Shown here: in pieces, positions 37,154 through 46,895 of the stretch | How the letters are laid out: each line of letters opens with the position of its first letter | Position numbering within the stretch: the stretch's first letter is position 1 | IMG/VR virus record: IMGVR_UViG_3300034065_000114 | Location: 1 to 64,000 of that record | Length of the DNA stretch: 64,000 nt | Strand: one strand, 5' to 3' | DNA from: an uncultured virus (IMG/VR IMGVR_UViG_3300034065_000114) | Lineage: Duplodnaviria > Heunggongvirae > Uroviricota > Caudoviricetes | Position numbers and translations under genes: made by a program | Notes under the pieces: generated by a model | Told to the model about the DNA's origin: nothing | What the model saw: the letters and a program-made list of their open reading frames with translations, nothing else | Databases searched by the model: none

Positions 37154-38692
37154 ATGTCCTCCTCAACACCAAATTTGGGCCTTGTTCTACCCGGGAACGG
37201 TGAAGACGTCGGGGATTGGGACGAGCCACTAAATACAAACTTTGGCATCATAGACACGCAGGTTGGCGATATCATCGCGGAGATCGCCGCAGCGGCGTCT
37301 GGCGTTGGCACGCTTTCCCAGTTCCTCGCAGTAAGCCTTGATCTGACTACCGGAGCCCTGCTCCCCGTGCCGGAAGTAGCCGAGGCTGAAAATACCTTCC
37401 TCTACGGCTATCTCATAAACGGCTCTAGCACACCGAATTACAACCTTAAGCAGCAGTTGGATGCGGTGGGTACGGAGCTGTGGGGCGCGCGCGGCGGCGC
37501 GGCGTCACTCAAGGCGGCTGGAGCCTCCAGCGCTTTTGAGTTCCCTAACCAGCTGGTCTCCGGTCTATCCGGCGTGATCAGCAGCTCCCCTGTGCCTACG
37601 TTCGCCGGCTCCACCGGCCTGAACGTCCACATTGACGGCTCGACGACGCCACTCATGATGATGATCTCGGGCTATACGGCGCGCATTCGCACGCTCGCCC
37701 TTGCGACCGTCCCGTCTACGACCGGCAACGGTTATCTGGTCTGCGCGACTCAGCAGCCGAACGGCACGGTTGTGGTGGACGGCAGCGGTGGGACGAATGG
37801 CTCGACCGGCGCGGACACCCTCGGCAACATGACGTTGTTCACCGACCTCACCACAAACTTCACCACGCAGAATGTGCAGGTTGGCGACTACATCACGCTG
37901 ATCAACGGCAATGATGCGGGCACCTACCTGATCCAAGCGATCGGTGGCTCGTTGCAATCCCCTGGCAGCAACATCAACCAGCTGCAGATCGTTGGCAACT
38001 TCCCCGTGGGGCTACAGTCCGCTATCAGTTACCAAATCTTTGACCCGCTTGGCGTCGTCCTTAGCGTGGTCGCCCCCGCCGGCGCGGTGCCCGGAGCAGT
38101 CCCTTCTAACTCGCTGGCGATCGCCGAAGCGGATGTTTCAGGTGGCACCATCAGCGCGGTACGTCCTAGGAACTACAAGAACGACTTCATAGGCGCTTGG
38201 CAAGCGGTGTCCGTCGCAGGCCCGGTGATAATGCCGGAAGTGATCTATACCCACTACCTCGGCACGGACAAGCTCGATATCGCTGTGCAAATCTCCCAGG
38301 CCAATGATGGCAGCGCCCCGGTGGAAGAGATCGCACTCGGCCAGGTCTCGAACAACCTGTCAGTGGCAATCACGAATGCGCTGACCCTGACGCTCGCGAC
38401 TCTGGGTCAGATCAGTCCGTCTAGCGGAACCCTGACTGGCGCGCCAAGCGGCTCCTTGGCCAACGCTCTGGCTACTGGCTCTCCGCCTGCGGCTAACTTC
38501 GAAGCGCTCAGCGGCTCGATCTCCGCTGCCCTGTCTGGCACTGTAATCGAAACCCGCTCTCTAGCCTTAAAGTGGGATCGCAACAGTGTCCACGTCAAAG
38601 GCCTAGTGTCAGGCATCCTCTATACAGACTATACCGGGACTGCGCAGACCGCTGGCTACCTACGCGTGGTCGCTCGCAGAAGAGGATATTAA
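37154..38692 (+). CDS. Tail fibre-like protein
   Basis: N-terminal TPNLGL..P......W...LN.NF..ID; beta-rich, S/T/G-rich. Confidence 0.68.
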   Translation: MSSSTPNLGLVLPGNGEDVGDWDEPLNTNFGIIDTQVGDIIAEIAAAASGVGTLSQFLAVSLDLTTGALLPVPEVAEAENTFLYGYLINGSSTPNYNLKQQLDAVGTELWGARGGAASLKAAGASSAFEFPNQLVSGLSGVISSSPVPTFAGSTGLNVHIDGSTTPLMMMISGYTARIRTLALATVPSTTGNGYLVCATQQPNGTVVVDGSGGTNGSTGADTLGNMTLFTDLTTNFTTQNVQVGDYITLINGNDAGTYLIQAIGGSLQSPGSNINQLQIVGNFPVGLQSAISYQIFDPLGVVLSVVAPAGAVPGAVPSNSLAIAEADVSGGTISAVRPRNYKNDFIGAWQAVSVAGPVIMPEVIYTHYLGTDKLDIAVQISQANDGSAPVEEIALGQVSNNLSVAITNALTLTLATLGQISPSSGTLTGAPSGSLANALATGSPPAANFEALSGSISAALSGTVIETRSLALKWDRNSVHVKGLVSGILYTDYTGTAQTAGYLRVVARRRGY

Positions 38693-41600
38693 GTGACAGC
38701 CAACAAAATAAATGGCTACGGCGCCCCGTATCGCTCCCAGACTTTTCAGGAGCAAGCGAGCTATCAGACCAACCGCAACGGTCTGCTCGCTGTGTCCGCG
38801 CCGGTAACAAGCGGCGGCGGCACAGTTACGGTGCCAGAGTTCTCCTTTATTCAGAATGGCTTGATCGTTGATACAGAAGGCACGCGCACGTTTTCCGTGC
38901 CCAGCCTTGCGGCACCCTACTACCTCGTAGTCACCGCGCCAACCCCGTCACAGCTTGATGACCTGCTGTTCTCGTTTGCAAAGACCCCGGAGGACCTGAC
39001 AACCAACGATATTATTGTCGCGGCATATGACGGCTATGAGTGGCGCTCGCCGCAGCTTTTAAGCGTCGATGGGGTTTATAAGGACATCGACCAGGCCAAC
39101 ATCGACTTCGGCAGAGTAGGTCCGTACTCTGGCCTTCAGACCACGCTAAGCGGGTCTAACTACCTGAATAGCCCTGGCGTCATAGTAGACCCTAATGGTC
39201 TGCGTCAGGAGCTGCTCAACCAGGCGTCGTTTCCGGTTGTGGTTACCGATCCCGACTATCCTCGGGTAGACCGCATTGTTTACCGCAAGCCCGCGGACTC
39301 GCCAAACCGCATAGGGATCCGTGAGTTTTTGCTCGGAGGCACCTATGCTGCATCCCCGCAGTCAAGCCATGGCGCAGTAGCGCTTGCCAACACCAAGGTT
39401 CACGGGCCGACCAAAGTCCTCATCGGCACAGATAACGCCGCGCACGTTCTCTGCGCGACGGGGTATGGCGGATCATTTCAGATTTTCTACACGAAGATCA
39501 GCTCCGACCGAACGACGATGCTAGTTGCACCGATGGCCTTACAGGCCACCACTGAGAGCGGCTTTGACGCGGCGATTGATGGCTCGAACAACATCCATCT
39601 GATCACCGTCAACAGCAGCCATATCTATTATGCGAAGTATGGCCCGACCGGCTCCAACTTAGTGGCTGCGACGCTGATCGATGCGCAAGTAACACCGAAC
39701 ACCAATCCGACAGTATCGATAGACCCCGCGAACACGAAGGTGTTCGTGGCCTATCAGAGCCTGCTCGGCGCGTCGAATAATCAGATCTTTTTCACGACGC
39801 GCGACCTGAGCGGCAACCTGATTACGGCGCCCGCGAATGTGACCGGCAACGCCTCCAATTTGCAGACCCCGTCTATCTTCGTCACTGGCGACTTGATCGT
39901 CTATATAGCCTGGTGCGATACCACACTGGCTAAGATTTACTTCCAAACGTTCACCGATATCGGCGGCGCGCTAACCTCACCGACTTACGTATCTGGGGCA
40001 GTAAACCGCATCGGCTACAGTGCACTTACCGATGGCGCACTAGCCCCCAAGGTTTGGGTCACCGACAACCAGAGCGTGTTCGTCACCTTCCTGCAGAACA
40101 AGGGCTCCTCCCTCTATGGGTTGTCCATCTGGAATGATGGCGTCTCGTTCATGCAGACGCTGCTGGCCAGCGGCGAGAACTTCACCGCTTACGCGTTGTA
40201 TGTGGACTCCACGTTTAATGGTGTCGACCTAGTATTGGCGCAGGCCTCGACGACTGATTACGTCAAGCTTGCCGGTGTGAACGTTACGTTTACACTGAAC
40301 CTGGCGGGAACTGCGGCTGCCAGTGTAGCGACGGTTCGCGACGCGCGCGGCTCTATGTTCCATGCATGGGCTGATCCGCTGGCGTCGGGGTTCCAGACTG
40401 CATACACGACCGCGTCCATCAAGGATATTGGCCCTGACGTTTTAAACAACACCTATACCGTGGTGCTGACCTCCAGCCAGCTCTTGATCCTCAAGTCGCT
40501 CTTCAGCGGCGAACAACCGCAGATCGGCGACCAGGTTACGGTCAGCGGCTCCGGCGCTGGCAACAACGGTGCCAAGACGATCTCTCTAGTCGAGACTGTA
40601 AGTTTCGTCACGACCAACGACTACTACCGTATCACCGTCACTGCGCCGTTCGCCTCGGTCGAGCACTTACCGCCGTCGACGCTTGGCGCCTTCGCTTCGC
40701 CAAATGGTAACGCGTTACATGTGCTAAAGAGCACGTCTGAGCTGACCACTAACGCATTCCAGCTAGTTACGATGGCCACGGATTTGCTGCTCGCCCGCAT
40801 CAGCATGCCAGGCTCCCACATCGTTAACTACTTGCCGCCTGGCGTGACGGTCGCCCTCGATGCCACGCTATTCGTGCCGCACGGCAATAACGTCTCTATA
40901 GACTGGGGCGCGACGACTTTAGGGGACCTGACCATCTCCGGTGGTCTGCAGCTTCTGGACATGCTCCACGATCAGAACTACACGCTGGTTGATGGCTCCT
41001 ATCCAATGGTAGATGACGACGCGCTGTATGTAGTTTGCGATGGCGTGGATTTTGCCCCCACCCCGCAAGTCACCGCAGTCAATACGCTTCCGTTCAGCAC
41101 TCCGATCATCGTGCTTGGCGTCACCAGAGATGGGAAGTTCAACCCCGCGTTGCTCGCGGTGGCAGCTATCACCCAGCTAGACGTCGGCGAAGTAGACGTC
41201 GTAGGCGAAGACCTCCCCCTAAGCCAGCGCGAGCGGCTCGGTATCCTGAGCGAGACCTCATACCGACCATACAGCGTCGGCACTGAGTACGTCATCAATG
41301 AGGGCATGGACCATGCCCAAGCGATCGGCGCACTCGACACACAGATTGGCGCAATCGTAAACAACAACCCCAAAGAAGCGTACTGGATCGGCGATGGCTC
41401 GACGACGATCTTCGACATCTCCACGGCAACGCTGACCAACGGCACGTTTGCCTGGTTGAACGATGCTACGCACCCGGACATCACTTGCGACTACGACGGC
41501 CGTAAATTGCCGTTTGACCCTCTGTTCGCTAATGGCGGTTTCCGCAAAAACTCCACGACGGCCATCCAGCTAGCCGCGGCGCCTGACATAGGGACGTTGG

Positions 41601-42649
41601 TCACGGTTCGTCGCGAAGGCACATCGACCGGTGGCGTGCTACCGCCAGCGCCGGGCAACCTCTGGTCCGACCAGGTCGACCACGACATCGTCCCGCCAGC
41701 GGACACTTACAAGGTTGGCACGGCCTCCTCTCCGTTTGCAGAAATGCACACGGATAACGGCTTTCTTAAACAGCTATCTATTGCCACTGCGCTCGGGAAC
41801 TGCACGCTGCTTCGCACCAAGACGAACGGCGCGGGCACCACAATCGCCGCGGGCTACCCCGTCTCTCTTTATTCGGATGGGCAGATCTACCCCGGCATGG
41901 CCCTCGGTGCGCCAAACGTCACCTCATATGGTATCGCGCTCCAGGCGATTGCTCCTGCCGCCCAGGGCAAGGTTCTTCTATTCGGCCTGGCAGTTCCCGG
42001 CGTCCTTACCGGCCTGGGCTTCTCGCCTGGCGATACGGTCTATATCTCCGAGACTGGCACATACACCAATGGCTCGACCGGCCTCGGGGATACCGGCGAT
42101 GTCATCGCTAGGATCGGCTGGGCTGACTGCGCGGATGCAACCGTATCTGGAACTGCAGTCGACCTCGTTCTCAATTACGAGAAAATTCTCGAAGTTGAGA
42201 ATCCGGCCGAAGACCGCATCCTTACAGTCTCAGGGCAGACCGACTATAACTTGCCCACGCTGGTGCTCAGCGCCGACAACTCCATTCTGGATTGCCAGCT
42301 CTGGTACGACACTGGCTACCAACGGCTTGACGGCTCTGGTAGTGAGGGGTTCAAGAAGCTTTCGACCACGTCCATCCGACTGTCATCCGCCCCAACTGAC
42401 GACGGACGCGAGATGGTCTTCCGCAAGGAAGGCATCGCGATCACCACCTCGGGCGGGGGCTCGTTCGATATCGCTAACATTGTGGAATCCCCGCAACCGT
42501 CCCCGTCCTTCGCGGGCTCGCTGGACATCGGCAGCCTGACCAGGCCATGGTCTGGTATCATCGTGAAGGACGATACGACCAACCAAGTCTGGCGTTTATC
42601 CATCGATAGCGGCGTGATCCAAGCCGTACAAATAGGTACGTACCCATGA
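38693..42649 (+). CDS. Large multidomain tail protein
   Basis: 1318 aa; propeller-like repeats, GDGSTT.F module, cement-like module. Confidence 0.68.
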   Translation: MTANKINGYGAPYRSQTFQEQASYQTNRNGLLAVSAPVTSGGGTVTVPEFSFIQNGLIVDTEGTRTFSVPSLAAPYYLVVTAPTPSQLDDLLFSFAKTPEDLTTNDIIVAAYDGYEWRSPQLLSVDGVYKDIDQANIDFGRVGPYSGLQTTLSGSNYLNSPGVIVDPNGLRQELLNQASFPVVVTDPDYPRVDRIVYRKPADSPNRIGIREFLLGGTYAASPQSSHGAVALANTKVHGPTKVLIGTDNAAHVLCATGYGGSFQIFYTKISSDRTTMLVAPMALQATTESGFDAAIDGSNNIHLITVNSSHIYYAKYGPTGSNLVAATLIDAQVTPNTNPTVSIDPANTKVFVAYQSLLGASNNQIFFTTRDLSGNLITAPANVTGNASNLQTPSIFVTGDLIVYIAWCDTTLAKIYFQTFTDIGGALTSPTYVSGAVNRIGYSALTDGALAPKVWVTDNQSVFVTFLQNKGSSLYGLSIWNDGVSFMQTLLASGENFTAYALYVDSTFNGVDLVLAQASTTDYVKLAGVNVTFTLNLAGTAAASVATVRDARGSMFHAWADPLASGFQTAYTTASIKDIGPDVLNNTYTVVLTSSQLLILKSLFSGEQPQIGDQVTVSGSGAGNNGAKTISLVETVSFVTTNDYYRITVTAPFASVEHLPPSTLGAFASPNGNALHVLKSTSELTTNAFQLVTMATDLLLARISMPGSHIVNYLPPGVTVALDATLFVPHGNNVSIDWGATTLGDLTISGGLQLLDMLHDQNYTLVDGSYPMVDDDALYVVCDGVDFAPTPQVTAVNTLPFSTPIIVLGVTRDGKFNPALLAVAAITQLDVGEVDVVGEDLPLSQRERLGILSETSYRPYSVGTEYVINEGMDHAQAIGALDTQIGAIVNNNPKEAYWIGDGSTTIFDISTATLTNGTFAWLNDATHPDITCDYDGRKLPFDPLFANGGFRKNSTTAIQLAAAPDIGTLVTVRREGTSTGGVLPPAPGNLWSDQVDHDIVPPADTYKVGTASSPFAEMHTDNGFLKQLSIATALGNCTLLRTKTNGAGTTIAAGYPVSLYSDGQIYPGMALGAPNVTSYGIALQAIAPAAQGKVLLFGLAVPGVLTGLGFSPGDTVYISETGTYTNGSTGLGDTGDVIARIGWADCADATVSGTAVDLVLNYEKILEVENPAEDRILTVSGQTDYNLPTLVLSADNSILDCQLWYDTGYQRLDGSGSEGFKKLSTTSIRLSSAPTDDGREMVFRKEGIAITTSGGGSFDIANIVESPQPSPSFAGSLDIGSLTRPWSGIIVKDDTTNQVWRLSIDSGVIQAVQIGTYP

Positions 42650-43209
42650 CAGTTTACGCAAAAATGCGCGTCGACGGGCTTATCCTCAACCCGGTGCCTG
42701 CGTCCAGCGCGGGCGACGGGGAGATGTATAACGACCAGGACAGCACCCAGATATCCGTCAAAGGATCTGGCAGTGACACAACGCCGATTGGTCCCTCAGG
42801 AAGTAGCAGCAGCCCGCTCATCAAGGTGATGGAGAATCTCTCTGGCGGCGATATCCCTGCGGGCTCTGACGTCTGCAAGCGACCCGACGGCTCAATCGCC
42901 ATGGCGAGCAGTGACACCCCGGGCTTCGAGAACGTGATCGGGATCGCGAACGTCGACATCCCAAATGCGGCCACCGGCGCGGTCGGCCTGCTCGGCCCGA
43001 ATTTCCCCGCAGTGCTTACTGGCCTAGGCTTCACTCCCGGGGACATCGTTTACATGGCGGAAAGCTCTGGCCAGTACACGAATGACCTGACCACTTTTAC
43101 AAACAGCGACAGAATCGTTCAGGTCGGGATCGCGGATTGTGCAGCGGGCACAGCGAGCACTACAGTAACAGATCTACTCGGCGTCCTCGTTTCGGAGGTC
43201 GTCCCTTAA
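42646..43209 (+). CDS. Virion protein paralogous to a module of the upstream gene
   Basis: VLTGLGFTPGDIVY...VGIADCA matches VLTGLGFSPGDTVY...IGWADCA. Confidence 0.7.
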   Translation: MTVYAKMRVDGLILNPVPASSAGDGEMYNDQDSTQISVKGSGSDTTPIGPSGSSSSPLIKVMENLSGGDIPAGSDVCKRPDGSIAMASSDTPGFENVIGIANVDIPNAATGAVGLLGPNFPAVLTGLGFTPGDIVYMAESSGQYTNDLTTFTNSDRIVQVGIADCAAGTASTTVTDLLGVLVSEVVP

Positions 43210-43218
43210 GGAGAACAC

Positions 43219-43404
43219 ATGGCTAAGAAGAAAAAGAAGGCGGTCAAGGCGAGAGAGCCTAAAGAGGCAGTAGAGTTCCGTCGCAATATCATGCTGAAGC
43301 AGCGAGTTCAAGAGTTTACCGACGCGCTGCAAAAAGAGATCACCCAGTACGGCATCAAGGGGAAGGATCTAACGGTTACGGTGCATCTTCAAATTAAAAC
43401 ATAG
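43219..43404 (+). CDS. Small basic protein
   Basis: AAGGAGAACAC RBS; MAKKKKK. Confidence 0.7.
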   Translation: MAKKKKKAVKAREPKEAVEFRRNIMLKQRVQEFTDALQKEITQYGIKGKDLTVTVHLQIKT

Positions 43405-43413
43405 GGGCCCTAA

Positions 43414-44568
43414 ATGTCCGCAGCGAACATCCAATACTTCACATTCGTAAACGGCGTTGGTCGCGAGCTTCAAAACTCGAAGAACCAAGAGCCGATCTTC
43501 TTGACCGTCTCGGTGTCTTCTGATGGCACCGATCAAGGCACGAAGATTACGTGCGTGAGCGGGAAGTTCGACTTCAACGGCAAAGTGCTGTCGAACGCTG
43601 CTGCGGGCACTGGCACGGGCCAAGTCCTAATCTGGGACCAGATCGGCGCGAATAGCGGCGTCGCGGGCCTAGACTCGGGCGGCAAGATCCCGCTGGGTCA
43701 GCTGCCTGCTTCCTTGATGGAATACAAAGGCACGTGGAACGCCACGACTAATAGCCCCAGCCTCGCTGATGGAACTGGCGTGTCGGGCTACTTCTACCGC
43801 GTCCAGACCGCGGGCACACAAAACCTTGGCTCAGGCAGTCAGACCTTCATCGTCGGCGACTGGGTCATGTATAACGGCGCGGTCTGGCAGCTGGCGCACG
43901 CCGGCGCGGATGCGGTCGTCTCGGTCAACGGCCAATCAGGCGTCGTCAGCCTGACCACGGACAACGTTCCTGAAGGCTCGACGAACCTCTATTACACGGC
44001 GGCTAGGTTCAACACTGCCTTCAGTGGCAAGTCGACGACTGACCTAGCTGAAGGAGCGAACCTCTACTTCACCGGCGCGCGCGCTGTAACCGCGGTTGTC
44101 GTCTCGACGGTGACTAGCGGGGACACGACCCATGCGCCGTCCGGCGATGCAGTGTTCAACGCCATTGCCGCGGCAACTCCGACGCCTGCGGTCAGCTTGA
44201 CTAACAACCAGGGTTCGACCGTGACTGTGCGTCAGTGCGCGTTCATGGATGCCTTCGGCTCAGCCAAGTTGCTAGGTGCAGGCGTCGCGGGCGTCACCCC
44301 GGACACCCTCTTCCTCCTGGTGAAGGACGCGAGCATCGCCAACACGGTAGCAGGTAACTATTACCTTCCTGGCCAAGTCGTTTCTGGCTTCAGCGGCGGT
44401 TCGTTCACGGTTGGTCTGCCGGTCTATGCGTCGAAAGCCACGCCCGGCAGCTTCCAGCAAGACCAGACAGGCATGGGCACTGGGGACAACGTGATCAGCC
44501 TCGGCGTCGCGACCTCCGCTACGGCCCTCTTGTTCAACCCGCAGTTCCTCTACCAGATCGGCAGCTGA
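43414..44568 (+). CDS. Tail fibre protein
   Basis: GVAGLD..GKIP..QLP, YKGTWNA.TN.P, SVNG..G.V, two TTD..EG.NLY.T repeats. Confidence 0.75.
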   Translation: MSAANIQYFTFVNGVGRELQNSKNQEPIFLTVSVSSDGTDQGTKITCVSGKFDFNGKVLSNAAAGTGTGQVLIWDQIGANSGVAGLDSGGKIPLGQLPASLMEYKGTWNATTNSPSLADGTGVSGYFYRVQTAGTQNLGSGSQTFIVGDWVMYNGAVWQLAHAGADAVVSVNGQSGVVSLTTDNVPEGSTNLYYTAARFNTAFSGKSTTDLAEGANLYFTGARAVTAVVVSTVTSGDTTHAPSGDAVFNAIAAATPTPAVSLTNNQGSTVTVRQCAFMDAFGSAKLLGAGVAGVTPDTLFLLVKDASIANTVAGNYYLPGQVVSGFSGGSFTVGLPVYASKATPGSFQQDQTGMGTGDNVISLGVATSATALLFNPQFLYQIGS

Positions 44569-44576
44569 TGCTACTG

Positions 44577-44612
44577 CCGGGGCGCCTGCATATAGCAGCG
44601 CCCCGGTTTATT
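44577..44612 (+). terminator. Putative intrinsic terminator
   Basis: CCGGGGCG/CGCCCCGG stem then TTTATT. Confidence 0.65.
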
Positions 44613-44628
44613 CTAACTGGAACACAGA

Positions 44629-44898
44629 ATGACGGCACGCTACACACAGCTCTACGGCGCGGATGGCACCAAAAAAGGCGTACCTTATCCTGGGTTTAAG
44701 GATCAGACGTTTACTGGCGGCGGGGCAACGTTCACCCTTACGGAAACCTTCGATGCAGACAACTGGTTCGACGTGTGGGTAGACGGCATCTTTCAGGACC
44801 CGAGTGCGTGGTCAGTTACCGTTGGCGCGAATACAATAACCCTGGCAAGTTCCGTAGCATCCGGGAGAGCGGTTCGGGTTAGAATCTATCTGCACTGA
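44629..44898 (+). CDS. Small single-module tail protein
   Basis: FTGGGATFTL...VWVDG..Q module also seen in 38693 and 44906. Confidence 0.7.
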   Translation: MTARYTQLYGADGTKKGVPYPGFKDQTFTGGGATFTLTETFDADNWFDVWVDGIFQDPSAWSVTVGANTITLASSVASGRAVRVRIYLH

Positions 44899-44905
44899 GG
44901 GGCCT

Positions 44906-46870
44906 ATGAAGAAGTTTCTACTCTTACTTTTAGCTATGCTGGTCTGCCCGCGCGCAGATGCCGGCCTTACGATGCCCTATACCGACGAGGTGCAGAACGC
45001 CGCGGCCGACGCCAACACGGGCACCACTGCGGGCGAGCTTTTGTCGAATGACTTGACGGCCATCGGCCAGCACCTCAACGTTCCCCTAAAGCTGTATTCA
45101 ACCGGCACTGACTCAAAACTCCATGTCGGTGCTAGCATCGTTTCCGCTGGTGACGGCGCGGGCAAAGTCAGGCCGCCTCTTAGCGGTGCGCTGAATACTG
45201 CTTGGACTGATACCACCATCGATTTTCAATCGGGTGCGGTCAGCGGCGGTACAATACATACAAACGGCAGTACGTTCGCCTTACCCACTATTACCACTGG
45301 CCATTACATCACTATGGCTTTGGGCTGGCGCAGCGATGGTACAGTTGACACAAACTTTTCGCCGGATACGTCGACCCTCGGTGCACAGCAGGATGTCGGT
45401 CTGACGTTTCTGCCTCTCGCAGGCGAGCAGAAGCTTGGATACGTCCTGCTTCAGGCCACTGGCGCTGCGGCATACAAGACAGCTGGATCCGCCACCGCAA
45501 TCATCCAGATGGCTGTAAGCGGCTCTCCTACGATTATTAGATTGCTTGACGCGGAGGCGTCGCCACTGACTACTGCGGGCGACCTCTACTACTTCTCAAC
45601 TAAAGACGACCGGCTTGCGCTCGGCGCCACCGGTACCGTGCTTCACGGAGGCAGCAGCGCCCCGTCGTACAGCCAGGTCGTGAATGCCGACGTCGCTACT
45701 GGCGCGGCGCTCGCTTGGTCGAAGCTCGCCACCGGCACAGCGAATCAGTTGGCCTATACCAACGGCTCCGGTGTCCTAACGACATCGTCGAACATGGCCT
45801 ATAACGGCTCTCAAGTCACACTCGACCTGACCGACAGCTATGGCGGGTTCAAGGTCAAGGGAGCGAGCGGTGGCGAAGCATCGTTCAGCTTGCAGCCGGA
45901 TAACGTCAGCGACGGCGCCACCGGCCAGTGGATCTTCTACACCAACGGCTCAGGGCTCAATAGTCCCAACGACTTTGCCATGTATGACAGCCAGCTCAGT
46001 GCTCCAGCGCTGATACTGCAGTCCTCAACTGCCAACGTCGGTATCGGCACGAACAACCCGCTGTCCAAGCTCTCTGTGGGCGTGGGCAGCGTCGACGGTC
46101 TTCGGGTCACGTCCTCTGGATCGGGCTATGCCCGCATTTATGGCCCTGGCACAGGCAGCTATAGGAACTATGGCTGGGCAGCAAACTATACATCTGCCGG
46201 ACTCTTTGAGCTGCAGCAGTCGACGACCGCCGCCGGTGACCCAACCCTAACCATCATGGGAACGGATGGAACGCACTTCGGCTTTGGCGGTGGTGCTAGT
46301 GGGCTTAATAGCACTCTTAACGTAGACGGCAACGTCAGCGTAGGGAACGCCTACTACGGAACTGCGGCACCGGTCCATGGGATGATTATCCAGGGATATT
46401 TGGGACTTGGTACAACAAGCCCCAATACGTCGCTCCATGTTAATGGCGGGACGACTATGCAGGGCCTTAGTTCCCCGTCGCTACCTACCGGTAGCGCGGG
46501 CAACGGCGTCCTTTACTTCGATACTGTAGCGGAGAAGTTCCTCTATTCGGAAAATAATGGAACATTCATCTACTGGGACACCCCGGCTGCCGCCTACACA
46601 CTGACCAACCACACGATCAGCGGCACTGCCAATACGCTGCAGAACCTTGCGACTGAAGATGATTTTACCGGTGATGGGACGACAACCAACTTCACCCTAG
46701 CCGAGACCATGACGGCTACCCGCTTCGTCCAGGTCTTTGTCGACGGCCGAGTCCAACGCGAAGGCGGCAGCTACTCATGGACTCGCACCAATGCAACACC
46801 TGGCCATATCGTCTTTAATGTGGCCCCGGACAGCGGGTCTTGGGTCGACGTAACGATCGTGAATCAGTAA
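44906..46870 (+). CDS. Fibre-like protein with Sec-type signal peptide
   Basis: MKKFLLLLLAMLVCPRADA; PLTTAGDL, NVGIGTNNP and LGLGTTSP fibre repeats. Confidence 0.78.
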   Translation: MKKFLLLLLAMLVCPRADAGLTMPYTDEVQNAAADANTGTTAGELLSNDLTAIGQHLNVPLKLYSTGTDSKLHVGASIVSAGDGAGKVRPPLSGALNTAWTDTTIDFQSGAVSGGTIHTNGSTFALPTITTGHYITMALGWRSDGTVDTNFSPDTSTLGAQQDVGLTFLPLAGEQKLGYVLLQATGAAAYKTAGSATAIIQMAVSGSPTIIRLLDAEASPLTTAGDLYYFSTKDDRLALGATGTVLHGGSSAPSYSQVVNADVATGAALAWSKLATGTANQLAYTNGSGVLTTSSNMAYNGSQVTLDLTDSYGGFKVKGASGGEASFSLQPDNVSDGATGQWIFYTNGSGLNSPNDFAMYDSQLSAPALILQSSTANVGIGTNNPLSKLSVGVGSVDGLRVTSSGSGYARIYGPGTGSYRNYGWAANYTSAGLFELQQSTTAAGDPTLTIMGTDGTHFGFGGGASGLNSTLNVDGNVSVGNAYYGTAAPVHGMIIQGYLGLGTTSPNTSLHVNGGTTMQGLSSPSLPTGSAGNGVLYFDTVAEKFLYSENNGTFIYWDTPAAAYTLTNHTISGTANTLQNLATEDDFTGDGTTTNFTLAETMTATRFVQVFVDGRVQREGGSYSWTRTNATPGHIVFNVAPDSGSWVDVTIVNQ

Positions 46871-46895
46871 GATAGCAGCACGAGGGGAAACCGTG

